A stretch of DNA of 64,000 bases, from contig OZ024741.1 in NCBI GenBank assembly GCA_964016885.1, positions 298,344,001-298,408,000 on the forward strand. The letters run 5' to 3'. The DNA comes from Eledone cirrhosa (lineage: Eukaryota). Numbering within the stretch: position 1 is the first letter of the stretch; every line of letters begins with the position of its first letter. This document shows positions 55,201 through 64,000 of the stretch, one piece after another. Made by a program: the position numbers and the translations under genes. Below the pieces are notes generated by a model. That model was not told the DNA's origin, ran no database searches, and was given only the letters and a program-made list of their open reading frames with translations.

Positions 55201-56610
55201 TTTAGGATGTCAACCGAATCTTGTCCTAGCCCGTCAGCATTCATCTCCTCAGTGGCCGTATCTCTGTTCCAGGCATTATTTATCTCAGTATTCAGATCAT
55301 TGTCTGCTTCGGGTGGTTCCTCCGTTCTCAGGACCTCCTCACCTTCATTTCCCACCGGCTCGCTTGTCTGGCATACTACACCCGCCATCTCCAAGCCATT
55401 CTCTCTGCTCAGTTCCTCCAGTTCCAGCTCGCTTATCCACTCATTAGTTCTTATTACCCGAGCCTGCCCGGCCAATTTTTGTTCATCTAATTTAAATAAA
55501 CCAATCTCGTTCCAGATGTTATGCATCCGTCTCCTGTAGCCCCTCTCCTTGGGGTTACTTTTCAGGTAGCATTGCATAACAGTTCTATTCAATTCTTTCG
55601 TCCAGTTGGTTCTGGCCCCTTTACTTCTTCTTCTTCCTCCAACATCAGCAGTATTTGGTTGACAGTCAGGTTCCTGCTGCTGAGCCAGGGGGCACCTGTT
55701 GGGTGAGAGTCTGTCACATGACGTTCTAGTCTCCATTTCACCGTTATTCGAACTGTTTATGTTCGATATTTAAACACTCTTATCGACGATTGGCGAATGT
55801 ATGTTTACATAGCCATCTGTGGATCCGCCATCCCACTTGGCCCTTGTGTGGCATTATCACCACGCTGTATACGAACACACATAAACAAACAAACACACGG
55901 GCAGAAAGGGCCCCAAAAATGAATAAGCATAAGTTTCATTGTAATGTAGTATTCGAATGTCTGACTTAGTTTTTGTTTTTTAAGTTTTACTTTTTCCCCC
56001 CTCTTCTCTGTCCGTCCGCCTGCTTCTCTCTTCATTCTTATTTTCTTTACGTTTTTGGGGTTTCTTTTTTTGTTTTTGTTATTCTCTGTTTGTTTTTCTC
56101 GTTTTTGCTGTTGTTGCTGTGCTGCTTTGGTTTTGTTGTTTGTTTTTTCTTTTTTCTTTTGAGTCTATCTATATATTTTGATGCCTTCCTCTTTGTTAGT
56201 AGTAGGAATTCTATAATGTGGAAGTAGCAGCCAGCAGGGAGAAGTGGGAGACTGGCGGCGGTAGCGATACTGAGACAGTGGTGGTGGTGATGTCGATACC
56301 GAGGCAGTGGTGGCGGTGATGCGACCGTATTACTGTAGTGATGGTGCTGTAGCGGTGGCAGCAGTGAAGGAGTCAAGGGGTGGTGGCGGCGGTGATGGGA
56401 TAGTGGTGGTAATGATGGCCGTAGTGAGCGGTGGCGGTGAAGGTGAAAATGTCGTTATCTGGCTGTTGTGTTTAGTGTACACAGATGGTGGGGTGGGTGG
56501 TGTATCTAGTTTCTGGTGTTGGTGAGTTTAACTGTCCTATATAGTGTAGCCAGAGGAGAGGAGGGGGGGGGGTTCTTCTTCTTCCATTTATAGCCATTTT
56601 CTTTTTTGGA
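52270..56610 (-). mobile_element. Full-length R4/Dong-like RLE non-LTR retrotransposon (5' limit uncertain)
   Basis: Intact single ORF and a short 3' UTR ending in (TAA)n at 52185-52268. The 5' extent is inferred from homology of 56160-56610 to 48735-49040. Confidence 0.85.
52344..55736 (-). CDS. Reverse transcriptase plus CCHC zinc knuckle plus restriction-like endonuclease (1130 aa, uninterrupted)
   Basis: NWKSPGPDG, NYRPITCL, IDYRKAFDMVPHSW, RGIFQGDSLSPLLF, LFMDDLKL, CRICGEREETVAHIVSEC, RHD, RPDLVV..IVDVACP..EKINRY. Confidence 0.97.
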   Translation of the reverse strand: METRTSCDRLSPNRCPLAQQQEPDCQPNTADVGGRRRSKGARTNWTKELNRTVMQCYLKSNPKERGYRRRMHNIWNEIGLFKLDEQKLAGQARVIRTNEWISELELEELSRENGLEMAGVVCQTSEPVGNEGEEVLRTEEPPEADNDLNTEINNAWNRDTATEEMNADGLGQDSVDILNLVVDELNNDSGRPMNLRFVDRKKLKETTAKVNKVIPYLEARILHQCNNILKATANTVRKLLGIKARGNNRQERAEPWWKKRLSGQIGEMRNDIGKLESLLNGTLKNIGTKNRLEIKYKTRRKKLNIIIEELKQRIVAKSAKIRRYENRVSQYKQNRMFDNNQKMLFGQLEGKERGNDLIPGAEQAKTFWRGIWEQDVRHNAQAGWIETVQREIGEQAQQPTDLSITVETLKGQAKKLTNWKSPGPDGVQGYWIKHLTSLHPKLTAMFNDCLVSGEVPEWLTKGTTVLIMKDRIKGNDVTNYRPITCLPVMWKLLTSIVSEEIYHHLHTNNLLPDEQKECRKKSRGTKDQLLIDKMVMGNCRRRHTDLAMGWIDYRKAFDMVPHSWITKSLEIFRVADNIRQLLGRSMGSWETELTSTGVSLGSVKIKRGIFQGDSLSPLLFVLALMPLTIMLRKVRAGYKLGRGELTINHLLFMDDLKLFGKSEKELDVLVDTVRIFSSDICMQFGIGKCGVIVMKRGRLSRCNGIQIPTGEMIKEIDSEEGYKYLGVLEADGIKNKKMKELLRTEYIRRVRSVLKSHLNSRNAISAVNSRAVSIIRYSTGILRWNVAEQKEMDRKTRKLLTIYNMFHKRSDVDRLYLRRSEGGRGLISIEDCVQMEKNNLYKYVTYSKEPMLRTVLKEGTVGQGMSKEEITSRRKSSLKGKSLHSTFFEKTEFRDPQTWNWLRRGDLKKATEGMLMAAQEQALKTKWLKHHIYKEEASPLCRICGEREETVAHIVSECKHLAQTHYKGWRHDVMGRVIHWHLCKVNNLPHSEKWYEHRPEAVMENSQVKVLWDFRIQTDKKLEHNRPDLVVVDKEKRSCLIVDVACPFDTRVQEKEREKINRYQDLKWEVKRIWNCHEVKVIPIVIGALGTISKGFQGWLKKIGPFTLFGTLQKACLLGTARTLRYVLNI

Positions 56611-56883
56611 TATACAGTGTACAATACAAAGTTGAATATTTGAATATTTGAGCCTTATAACAATATATTTTGGGTCCGAATTTTTTGGGGCTCAAGCCGG
56701 GTGCTTTACGTAGCATTTGTACTAAGAGTTGTTATTTCACAAATGATTTAAATATGTTAAAAATTCAAAACTTACGGGAGCGATTTCATGACCTCCGTCA
56801 CCTCGTGCGTCTTCTTTATTATCATTCTTCTTCTTCTTCTTCTTCTTCTTCTTCTTCTTCTTCTTCTTCTTCTTCTTCTTCTT

Positions 56884-56914
<31 letters not shown>

Positions 56915-57077
56915 TTATTATTATTATTATTCTTATTATTATTATATATGTGTGTGTATATATATATGTGGGTGTCTGTGACCTATGTATACACTCATAC
57001 ACACACACACCTAGAAAACCTTGCTATTTAGCAGGAAATATTCACTGCACACACCTTGTTCTAAGTTATATAATACA

Positions 57078-58001
57078 TCTATATATATAAAACTGAGGAT
57101 GTCTGTCTGTGATGTGTGTGTGAGTTTGAATCCCTAAAACTAAAGAAGCACCCAACCGACCGTTGTAAAACTTTACACATGTAATACTTATGTCTCAGGG
57201 AGTGTTCTGAGCAAAAATAAATTTCAAATTTTTAATGCCCTAGGGACCGCATTAGGCGATTTAGCGATCTCTCTCTATAATTCTTAGTCTTTCTCTTTTT
57301 AGATAGATACATACATATAACGTCGCGCCCTTATAATATCTGTTTGTATGTCTGACTGTCTGCATTACGGCACTTCCCTGAGGATGTCTGTGTGTGTGCG
57401 TGCGTGTGTGTCCGTCTGTGAGTTTGAATCCCTAAAACTCGAGAAGTACCCAACCGACTTTTTTCAAACTTTACATGTGTATTACTTATGTTTCAGGGAG
57501 TGTTACGCACAGTTTTTGATCCCCCAGGACCCGCGTTAGTTGAAAAACTGCGTTTTTTCAGGTTTTTAGTTTTTTTTTCAGGGTTTGGGGTTTTTTTTTT
57601 AGTCGTTACATCAGACTGATTTCCTTGAAACTGTAACTATATATTAGTCAGTCTCTTCTTCATACCGTGAGCAAAGAAAATCCAACTTTTTCATGGCCTA
57701 GGGCCCGCATTAGGTGAAAAACTTCATTTTTTCAGGATTTTAGGGCTTTTTTGAGGCCGATTTTCCCGAAATTTCAAGGCATATTATGCACATAAAAAAA
57801 ATGCATTTTCTTGATCCTTAGGTGAAGACCTGCATTTTTCCTGCTTCATCGAGGAAAATCTTAAAGATTATCCAGCCATCAGGGTATTCGGTTTATTTTC
57901 TTTACATATTGTCCACGCATGCAGTTTTTCCACGATTAGGTCTATTGGCGGCCCGCGTTCGAAAATACCTTATCCCGTGCAACGCCGGGTACCACTACTA
58001 G
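57078..58001 (+). mobile_element. Non-autonomous Helitron
   Basis: It starts A|TCTATATATATAAAA and ends with the hairpin cccgtgcaacgccggg followed by CTAG|T. There is an internal duplication of about 57093-57250 at 57378-57540. Confidence 0.85.
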
Positions 58002-58591
58002 TATGACATAATATTCAGTCACCAAATTGGAATTAGATACGGTAATGCTGTATTAGATTCTTTGAAGTCATTCCACAACACCACAAGCTTTCTATCTCTC
58101 TTCCATTTTCTTTCTCTCTCAGAGTTTAGTAGTTTAGTGAGATTGGGGGAATTGTGAGATGGATAGAGAGTGAAATATGTAGTGGTATATAAAGAGGGGA
58201 ACTTTTGTGGTTTTAACGAGAGAGGGGGAATTGTCAGAGTGAGGGTGTGTGGTATGTTGTGGGATATAGAGAAAGAGAGAGAGTTGTGTGCTTTAGTGAG
58301 ATGGGGCATTGTCAGAGTGAGAGAGTGAGGTATGTAGTTGGATATAGAGAGGGGGAGAGAGTTTTGTGGTTTAGTGAGAGAGGGAGAATGTTGGTATAGG
58401 GAGAGAGAGAGAGAGAGGCAGGTTGCAGTATGTAGAGAGGATGAGAGAGGTATGTTTTAGTGAGAGTGGGGCAATATTTTGAGAGAGAGTGACAAATGTT
58501 TTAATATTAGGTTTCACAGTAAAGTGGCTGTGTATATGAGTGTGTGTGTCTTTATATGCATATGTGTGTGTGGGTGTATATATACATATAT

Positions 58592-58628
<37 letters not shown>

Positions 58629-58732
58629 GTGTATTTTGCATAAATTTTGCTCTGTATAATCAGTTCCTGAATATTACTAGAATTCTATAAGAATCAAACA
58701 TGTATGATTTTCAGCGGACAGGTGGAGTACTT

Positions 58733-58777
58733 AGCTTTGATAAGTATCAAATAGTAAGAAACAGAGCTCTGTCAGCT
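58733..58777 (+). ncRNA. Hammerhead family F relative with U3-A8 core
   Basis: agct TTGATAA gtatcaaatagtaa GAAA cagagctctg TC agct. Stem III is still a palindrome and stem II is weak. Flanks at 58650-58940 are homologous to 37078-37331. Confidence 0.62.
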
Positions 58778-58936
58778 TTATCTCCCCCTGTTTGCTGAAA
58801 ATTTAAAGTAAGTGAGACTGTCACTACTCTAAAACAATAGCGTAAGGTCTTCAAAATGCTTTTAATTAAGCATACAGTGTATTGCAAAATACACTATATA
58901 TACATTCATATATATATCGCTATTTCAGAGAACCAA

Positions 58937-58984
<48 letters not shown>

Positions 58985-59279
58985 AACATTTCTAGTTGAT
59001 ATAAATGCTCGGATCTATCCATTGGAATCTTTGAGCATATTCTACAGAGGTATGGCGCGTGTCTCACAGACACGACTCCCTTAATTTAATTTTGGTTATA
59101 TATATGAATGTGTGTGTGTGTGTTTACATATGTGTGCGTCTTTGTATGTTTCTATAAATATGTGTGTGTATGTTTATATAGATTTGTGTGTATGTGTGTG
59201 TGTGAGAGTGTGTTTATTTATATGTTTGTGTGTGTGCGTTTATATATATATGTGTGTGTTTATACGTATATTTATGCGT

Positions 59280-59595
59280 GTGAAAGCATCTGGTTAGGAT
59301 ATTTGGCTCATAATCGCAAGGTTGTGAATTCGATTCCTAGCGGCGCGTTGTGTCCTTGAGCAAGACACTTTATTTCATATTGCTCCAGTCTGTTCAGCAG
59401 GCAAAATGAGTTGTACCTGTAATTCGAAAGACCTGCCTTGTCACAAACTGTGTCACACTGAATCTCCCTGAGAACTATGGAAAGCGTACGAGGGTCTGTG
59501 AAATGCTCAGCCACTTGCATATTAATTTCCAGAGTTGGCTGTTACGTTGATAGTATCAACTGGAACACTTGTCATCGTAACAGATGGAGTGACTC
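59280..59595 (+). mobile_element. tRNA-derived SINE (second family)
   Basis: tRNA-like head (gttgtgaattcgattcc) followed by gcgttgtgtccttgagcaagacactttatttca...aaaatgagt. Related pieces lie at 12060-12216, about 15100-15180 and about 15570-15660. Confidence 0.8.
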
Positions 59596-59612
59596 CATTT
59601 ATATGTGTGTGT

Positions 59613-59691
<79 letters not shown>

Positions 59692-59750
59692 TGTGTGTGT
59701 TTATATATATGTGTGTGTGTGCGTCTAACTATCTATCTATCTATCTATCT

Positions 59751-62700
59751 TCGTGGTTGATAGACGTGCATTACTTCGCTCCGGATGTTTTACGGATTAT
59801 TGTTAAAAAAACTTGTTCAATTTGTTAGTATTGTTTAGTTTAACCCCTTGTCTGGGACTTCAGACGTTGAGTTAACTAATTTTCGCCCCTTTTTAGGGCG
59901 AAATTTTCATATAAAAAATATGTGTAGACTTGGTAGTCAATAATGGATGCCATTTCAACCTCGCACACTGTAGTGAGTGCCACGCCCACTAAGAAAAGTG
60001 GTGGAGGGAAGGTAGGAGTACAAAGCTTGCAGCCTTCCTTCCTCGCCTTATCGAAAAACGTTGTAAATACTGCAACCACGGAACCAAACCGGTAAATAAT
60101 ACCAGCACCAACAACAAGAACAATGACAATAACACCACAACCAACAACTGCAACAATAACAATACCAAGGAAAATATGAACAACATCAATAACAGGGACA
60201 ACAACAACAGCAACAAGAAAGACAACAACACCAAAACAACGTTCGCACAAACTGTAAAGAAAACAGAATTGTACACGCCAATTGACATAACTAATGCAAA
60301 ACAACTACTACAAGACGCAAAACAAGATGTAACTTTTGGACAAAACGGTGCTTTTAGCATCAATTCTCCACAGGTATTACGTAGAGAGGCTGTCCTGAAA
60401 ACTGTGGTTTTCAGGACAATATCTAACGAAACTAGAAAACCCGCTCAATTATCACAAAATGAAATTGAGATGGTTCTAAAAGATGCAATGAAGGACATAA
60501 CCTTCACCCAAAGAGGAAAGATGTTTGGTAGCATTTCGGTGCTAATGAATAACCAGCCAGCGGCACAAACATATGCTGTATCACCCATTGTGTCCCCCGT
60601 TTCACCTTTTCCCCCACATACAGGGGGAAAAGGACACACAAAAAAAAATTATGAGTAACACACCAAATGTAAATATTTGGTGGATACTATGTGGATTCAT
60701 TGATTTTGATGAAGACAGGGTAATCTCAGTAGGAAAGTCCCCCGGAGGTGTATTTAGTGGGACCAGCGTAGAAATTCTGGTGCAAATGAGCCCAGAACGA
60801 ATAGCTAATATCCCACAACACGTGCCTCTGGACGGGCTAACCTATATAAACATTTCAGTGGAGGGAAGGCGGCCGACATGTTACCTCTGCTTAAGCAGGG
60901 GTCACCTGAGGGCTGCCTTTCCTCAACGAGTAAAAAAAAAGGCTCTTCTGCCAACCCCGAACACAACAACACAACCAACACCACAACAACAAAAACAACC
61001 ACAACAACACGGAAAAATAACAACACAAGACACTGTCCCACCCAACCCCTCCCCACCTAAAACAAATACAAAAGCAACCACAACAAAACCCCAAAATATA
61101 CCCCTTCCCAACAACACGGAAGAGGACTCGTATCAACGTCACCCAGTGACGACGAGGGAGAACCCTTCCAACAGGTAAAAAGGAAAAAAAGGAGGCACCA
61201 CATTAACAAAAATGCAACAAACACACAACCACCAGCACAAACAGAAGAAACATCACAAACAAAAAACCCCACCCTCCCCAAAACATAACACATACTACAA
61301 AACGCAAACACGCACAAGAACAACAAACAAAAACAAAAACAACACAACAAAAACACTATACATACATTAACAAGAACAATAAAACTTTGATGAAAGCAAT
61401 AGACAATAACCCTTCGGTGGAAACCGAAGGGATTATTTTCACCTACGCAGCGGGCAAACCGCACCTAAATATGATTAGGGTCCCAATGGATACCTATATA
61501 ACACTGAAAAAGAACCATCCAATGGATGTGCCCCCCCCCCCCCCCTGCACCAAACCACTGGGGTTGTCGTTCTGTTACGAAAACACCTGGGTCTTGCCAC
61601 ACAGAAGGTACATCTGGACCCGGAGGGTCGATTGGTGGTTCTAGACGTCGGCAGTAGTGAAGGTGGAGCCTTCAGGCTGGTGACAGCGTATGCCCCATCT
61701 GGGACACCGCGACCGGACTTCTTCCGACGCCTAGAGACTTTTCTGGGAACGTCTCGCTCCTTGCTTTTAGTGGGGGACTGGAATGGTATCCTGGATGCAC
61801 GTTGGGACTATGTAGGGTCATGTCCCGATAGGGGGGGGGGTGTAACAACCTCAAACGGTTAATCGGCCGATTTGATCTGGCCGATAGATATCAACTAGAT
61901 TTTCCGACTGTGCCACTGTGGACGTGGACTAATCTCAGCGGAACATCTAGGTCGTACCTAGATAGGTTCCTCGTTAGAAATAAGGATAGGGACATATTAA
62001 GCTGTCCACGAATGTTCATGGTTGACTATTCGGATCACAAGCTGGTGACCGGAGTGGTCAACCTTGATAGAACCCATAGACAAGGACCCGGTTACTGGAA
62101 ACTAAACTTGTCATTACCGACGAACAAAGCTTACAGTAAGCGGATTAGCACTCTAGTTAAGCAGCGGTTGACAGGGGCAATTGTCAACAGCAGGTGGTGG
62201 AGAAATTAGAATATTATCGATAGGTTTTAGTCAGGAATTAGCATCAGATCGGAATAGAACTCAAAGGGAATTGATAGATAGAGTAGAAGAGGCGATTAGG
62301 AGTGGCAACGTGGCCGGCGTGCTGGTGTCAAGGACGGCCTTAGACCAGTTCTTTGACGCGAAGCACGAGGGCTGCGTTGTCAGGAGTAAAATACGTGCTC
62401 TGGGTAACGAGGGAGCCAAAGCTGTTAGCTGGGCCCGAGTGACAGAGGCAAAAAGTGGAAACAAGTCCACGATTCTGTCTTTGAAGGATCAGGATGGACG
62501 CGTGATCCTTGAACCTGGGCGGATGTGCGCGGCCTTTCAACAGCGCTTTGCACGACTGTTCGGGAGGGGCGGCGGGCCGGGTGAGGTCATGGATTTCGGT
62601 CCATACCTCGACGGTCTGGCGCGACTCTCGGACGGGGAGGCGAAGTCCTGCGAAGGCCGATTTCATCCGCTGAAATAGGGGAAGCGCTGAGCCAATGCGG

Positions 62701-64000
62701 CAAACGCAAATCTCAGGGTCTCGATGGTTTCGATGGTCTACCATACGAACTTTATGTAGCGATGCCGGACTTGTTCTCCGGTCTCCTCGAGGCAGTCTAC
62801 TGCAACTGGCAACTGAACGGGAGAATTCCCAGTTCTGTGACCAAGGGCGTAGTCACGCTGGTGAGGAAGGACGAGAACAAGGGGGATGACATAGATAACT
62901 TCAGGCCCATAACTCTGCTAAACACAGAGTTAAAGATTTTGGCCAAGGTGTTAGCGAAGAGGTTGTCGCTTGTCGTCGGGAACCTGGTGGGAGAAGCGCA
63001 GACGTGCGCAATCCCGTCCAGGTCCATACACGACAACCTCCACCTCATGCGATACATCGTAGAGAGGGTAGGGAACGAACTCGGCTTTGGTGGGGCCCTG
63101 ATCAACTTGGATCAATCTAAGGCGTTCGATAGGGTCGACCATCGGTACCTGGATGTGGTGCTCGCGGCGGCAGGCTTCGGACCCGTTTTCAGGGGCTGGA
63201 TTGCTGCAATGCACAGCAGCAACACCTGCTCGAGGGTCAAGGTGAACGGCTACCTTTTGGAGCCGTTCCAAATTCCTTACTGGAGGAATACGAAAGGTTT
63301 ACAGGAGCCAAGCTGAACCGGGACAAGTCCGTCGGTTTGCAACTCGGAACGTGGAGGGGCAAACCGATGCCCTCCGACGGCGTCGTCGGATGCTGGACGG
63401 AGGGATCGGTGAAGCTGCTCGGGGTCTGGTTCGGACCGGATCTCCAGGTGGAAAAAAACTGGGACGAGGTAACGGGCAGGGTGTTTGCACTCGCCCAGAA
63501 GTGGGCCGAGTGCAAACTATCTCTGAAAGGTCGAGCGGAGGTGGCGAACACTTATATAGCGTCCGTCATCTACTACCGTTTGACCGTCGTGCCTTGCCCA
63601 GCGAAAATGCTCGCCAAAATGGAGCACGTGCTCTTCCGATTCCTTTGGAAGAAGCGGGCCCCTTTGGTGAGAAGATCCATCTGCTGTCAACACCCTTCGA
63701 ACGGAGGGCTGGGGCTGCCGTGGCTGACGATGTGTAGACACGCATTAAGACTACGGCACCTCCAAGTATTCCTCACCGGTCAGCCGGTGTGGGCCCCGTT
63801 TGTGAGGCGAGCCTTTCCGAGACTCGTCTCACTCACCGAGCTGCAATCCTGGGTCAAGCAAAGACCGAAAAAAGTGGGCGACTGGCACATTGAATGTGCC
63901 CAGGCGCTCACGGCCCTCTGGCAAGCAGATCCGGCAATCAGTGGAGACTCAACCTCAACATTCTATAGAGGGTTGGTGCGCAGCAAGTGCGACGACGCTC
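59751..64000 (+). mobile_element. Tx1/L1-clade LINE, decayed ORF1 plus ORF2 (APE plus RT), running off the window
   Basis: ORF1 pieces have a CYLC...GH knuckle. APE motifs are AYAP, GDWN, SYLDRF and SDHK. RT motifs are NFRPITLLNTELKILAKVLA and LDQSKAFDRVDH. It has frameshifts, and a deletion near 63275 removes the catalytic YADD region. It is preceded by (TATC)n. Confidence 0.92.

Noticed and set aside
50237-55706. Plus-strand ORFs overlapping the R4/Dong-like copies
   Set aside because: They are antisense shadows of the RT ORF with no independent motifs.

Overview
This is AT-rich, microsatellite-dense animal genomic DNA; the SINE types suggest a cephalopod such as Octopus, which is an inference. 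Most ORFs in the track are translations of simple repeats. Real coding content is (i) four phase-compatible 3' exons of a host single-pass membrane-protein gene (11265-26602, +) and (ii) retroelements. These are four Penelope-like elements (PLEs, RT plus GIY-YIG), an intact 1130-aa R4/Dong-like RLE LINE in a head-to-tail array at (TAA)n, a Tx1/L1-type LINE at (TATC)n, and CRE-like and RTE fragments. There are also tRNA-derived SINEs, a non-autonomous Helitron and a Tc1/mariner-type MITE. The most striking unannotated signal is about 22 type I hammerhead-ribozyme motifs read by eye, in roughly ten families. They sit in PLE terminal repeats and in small non-coding fold-back or tandem (about 510-540 nt, circularly permuted) retrozyme-like units inserted in (AT)n. 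Many have palindromic stem III, the dimer-type arrangement. Six copies in four families carry the compensatory U3-A8 core instead of C3-G8, and others have very long stem II or a U4A core. All coordinates and folds were read manually, and no ribozyme activity has been tested.
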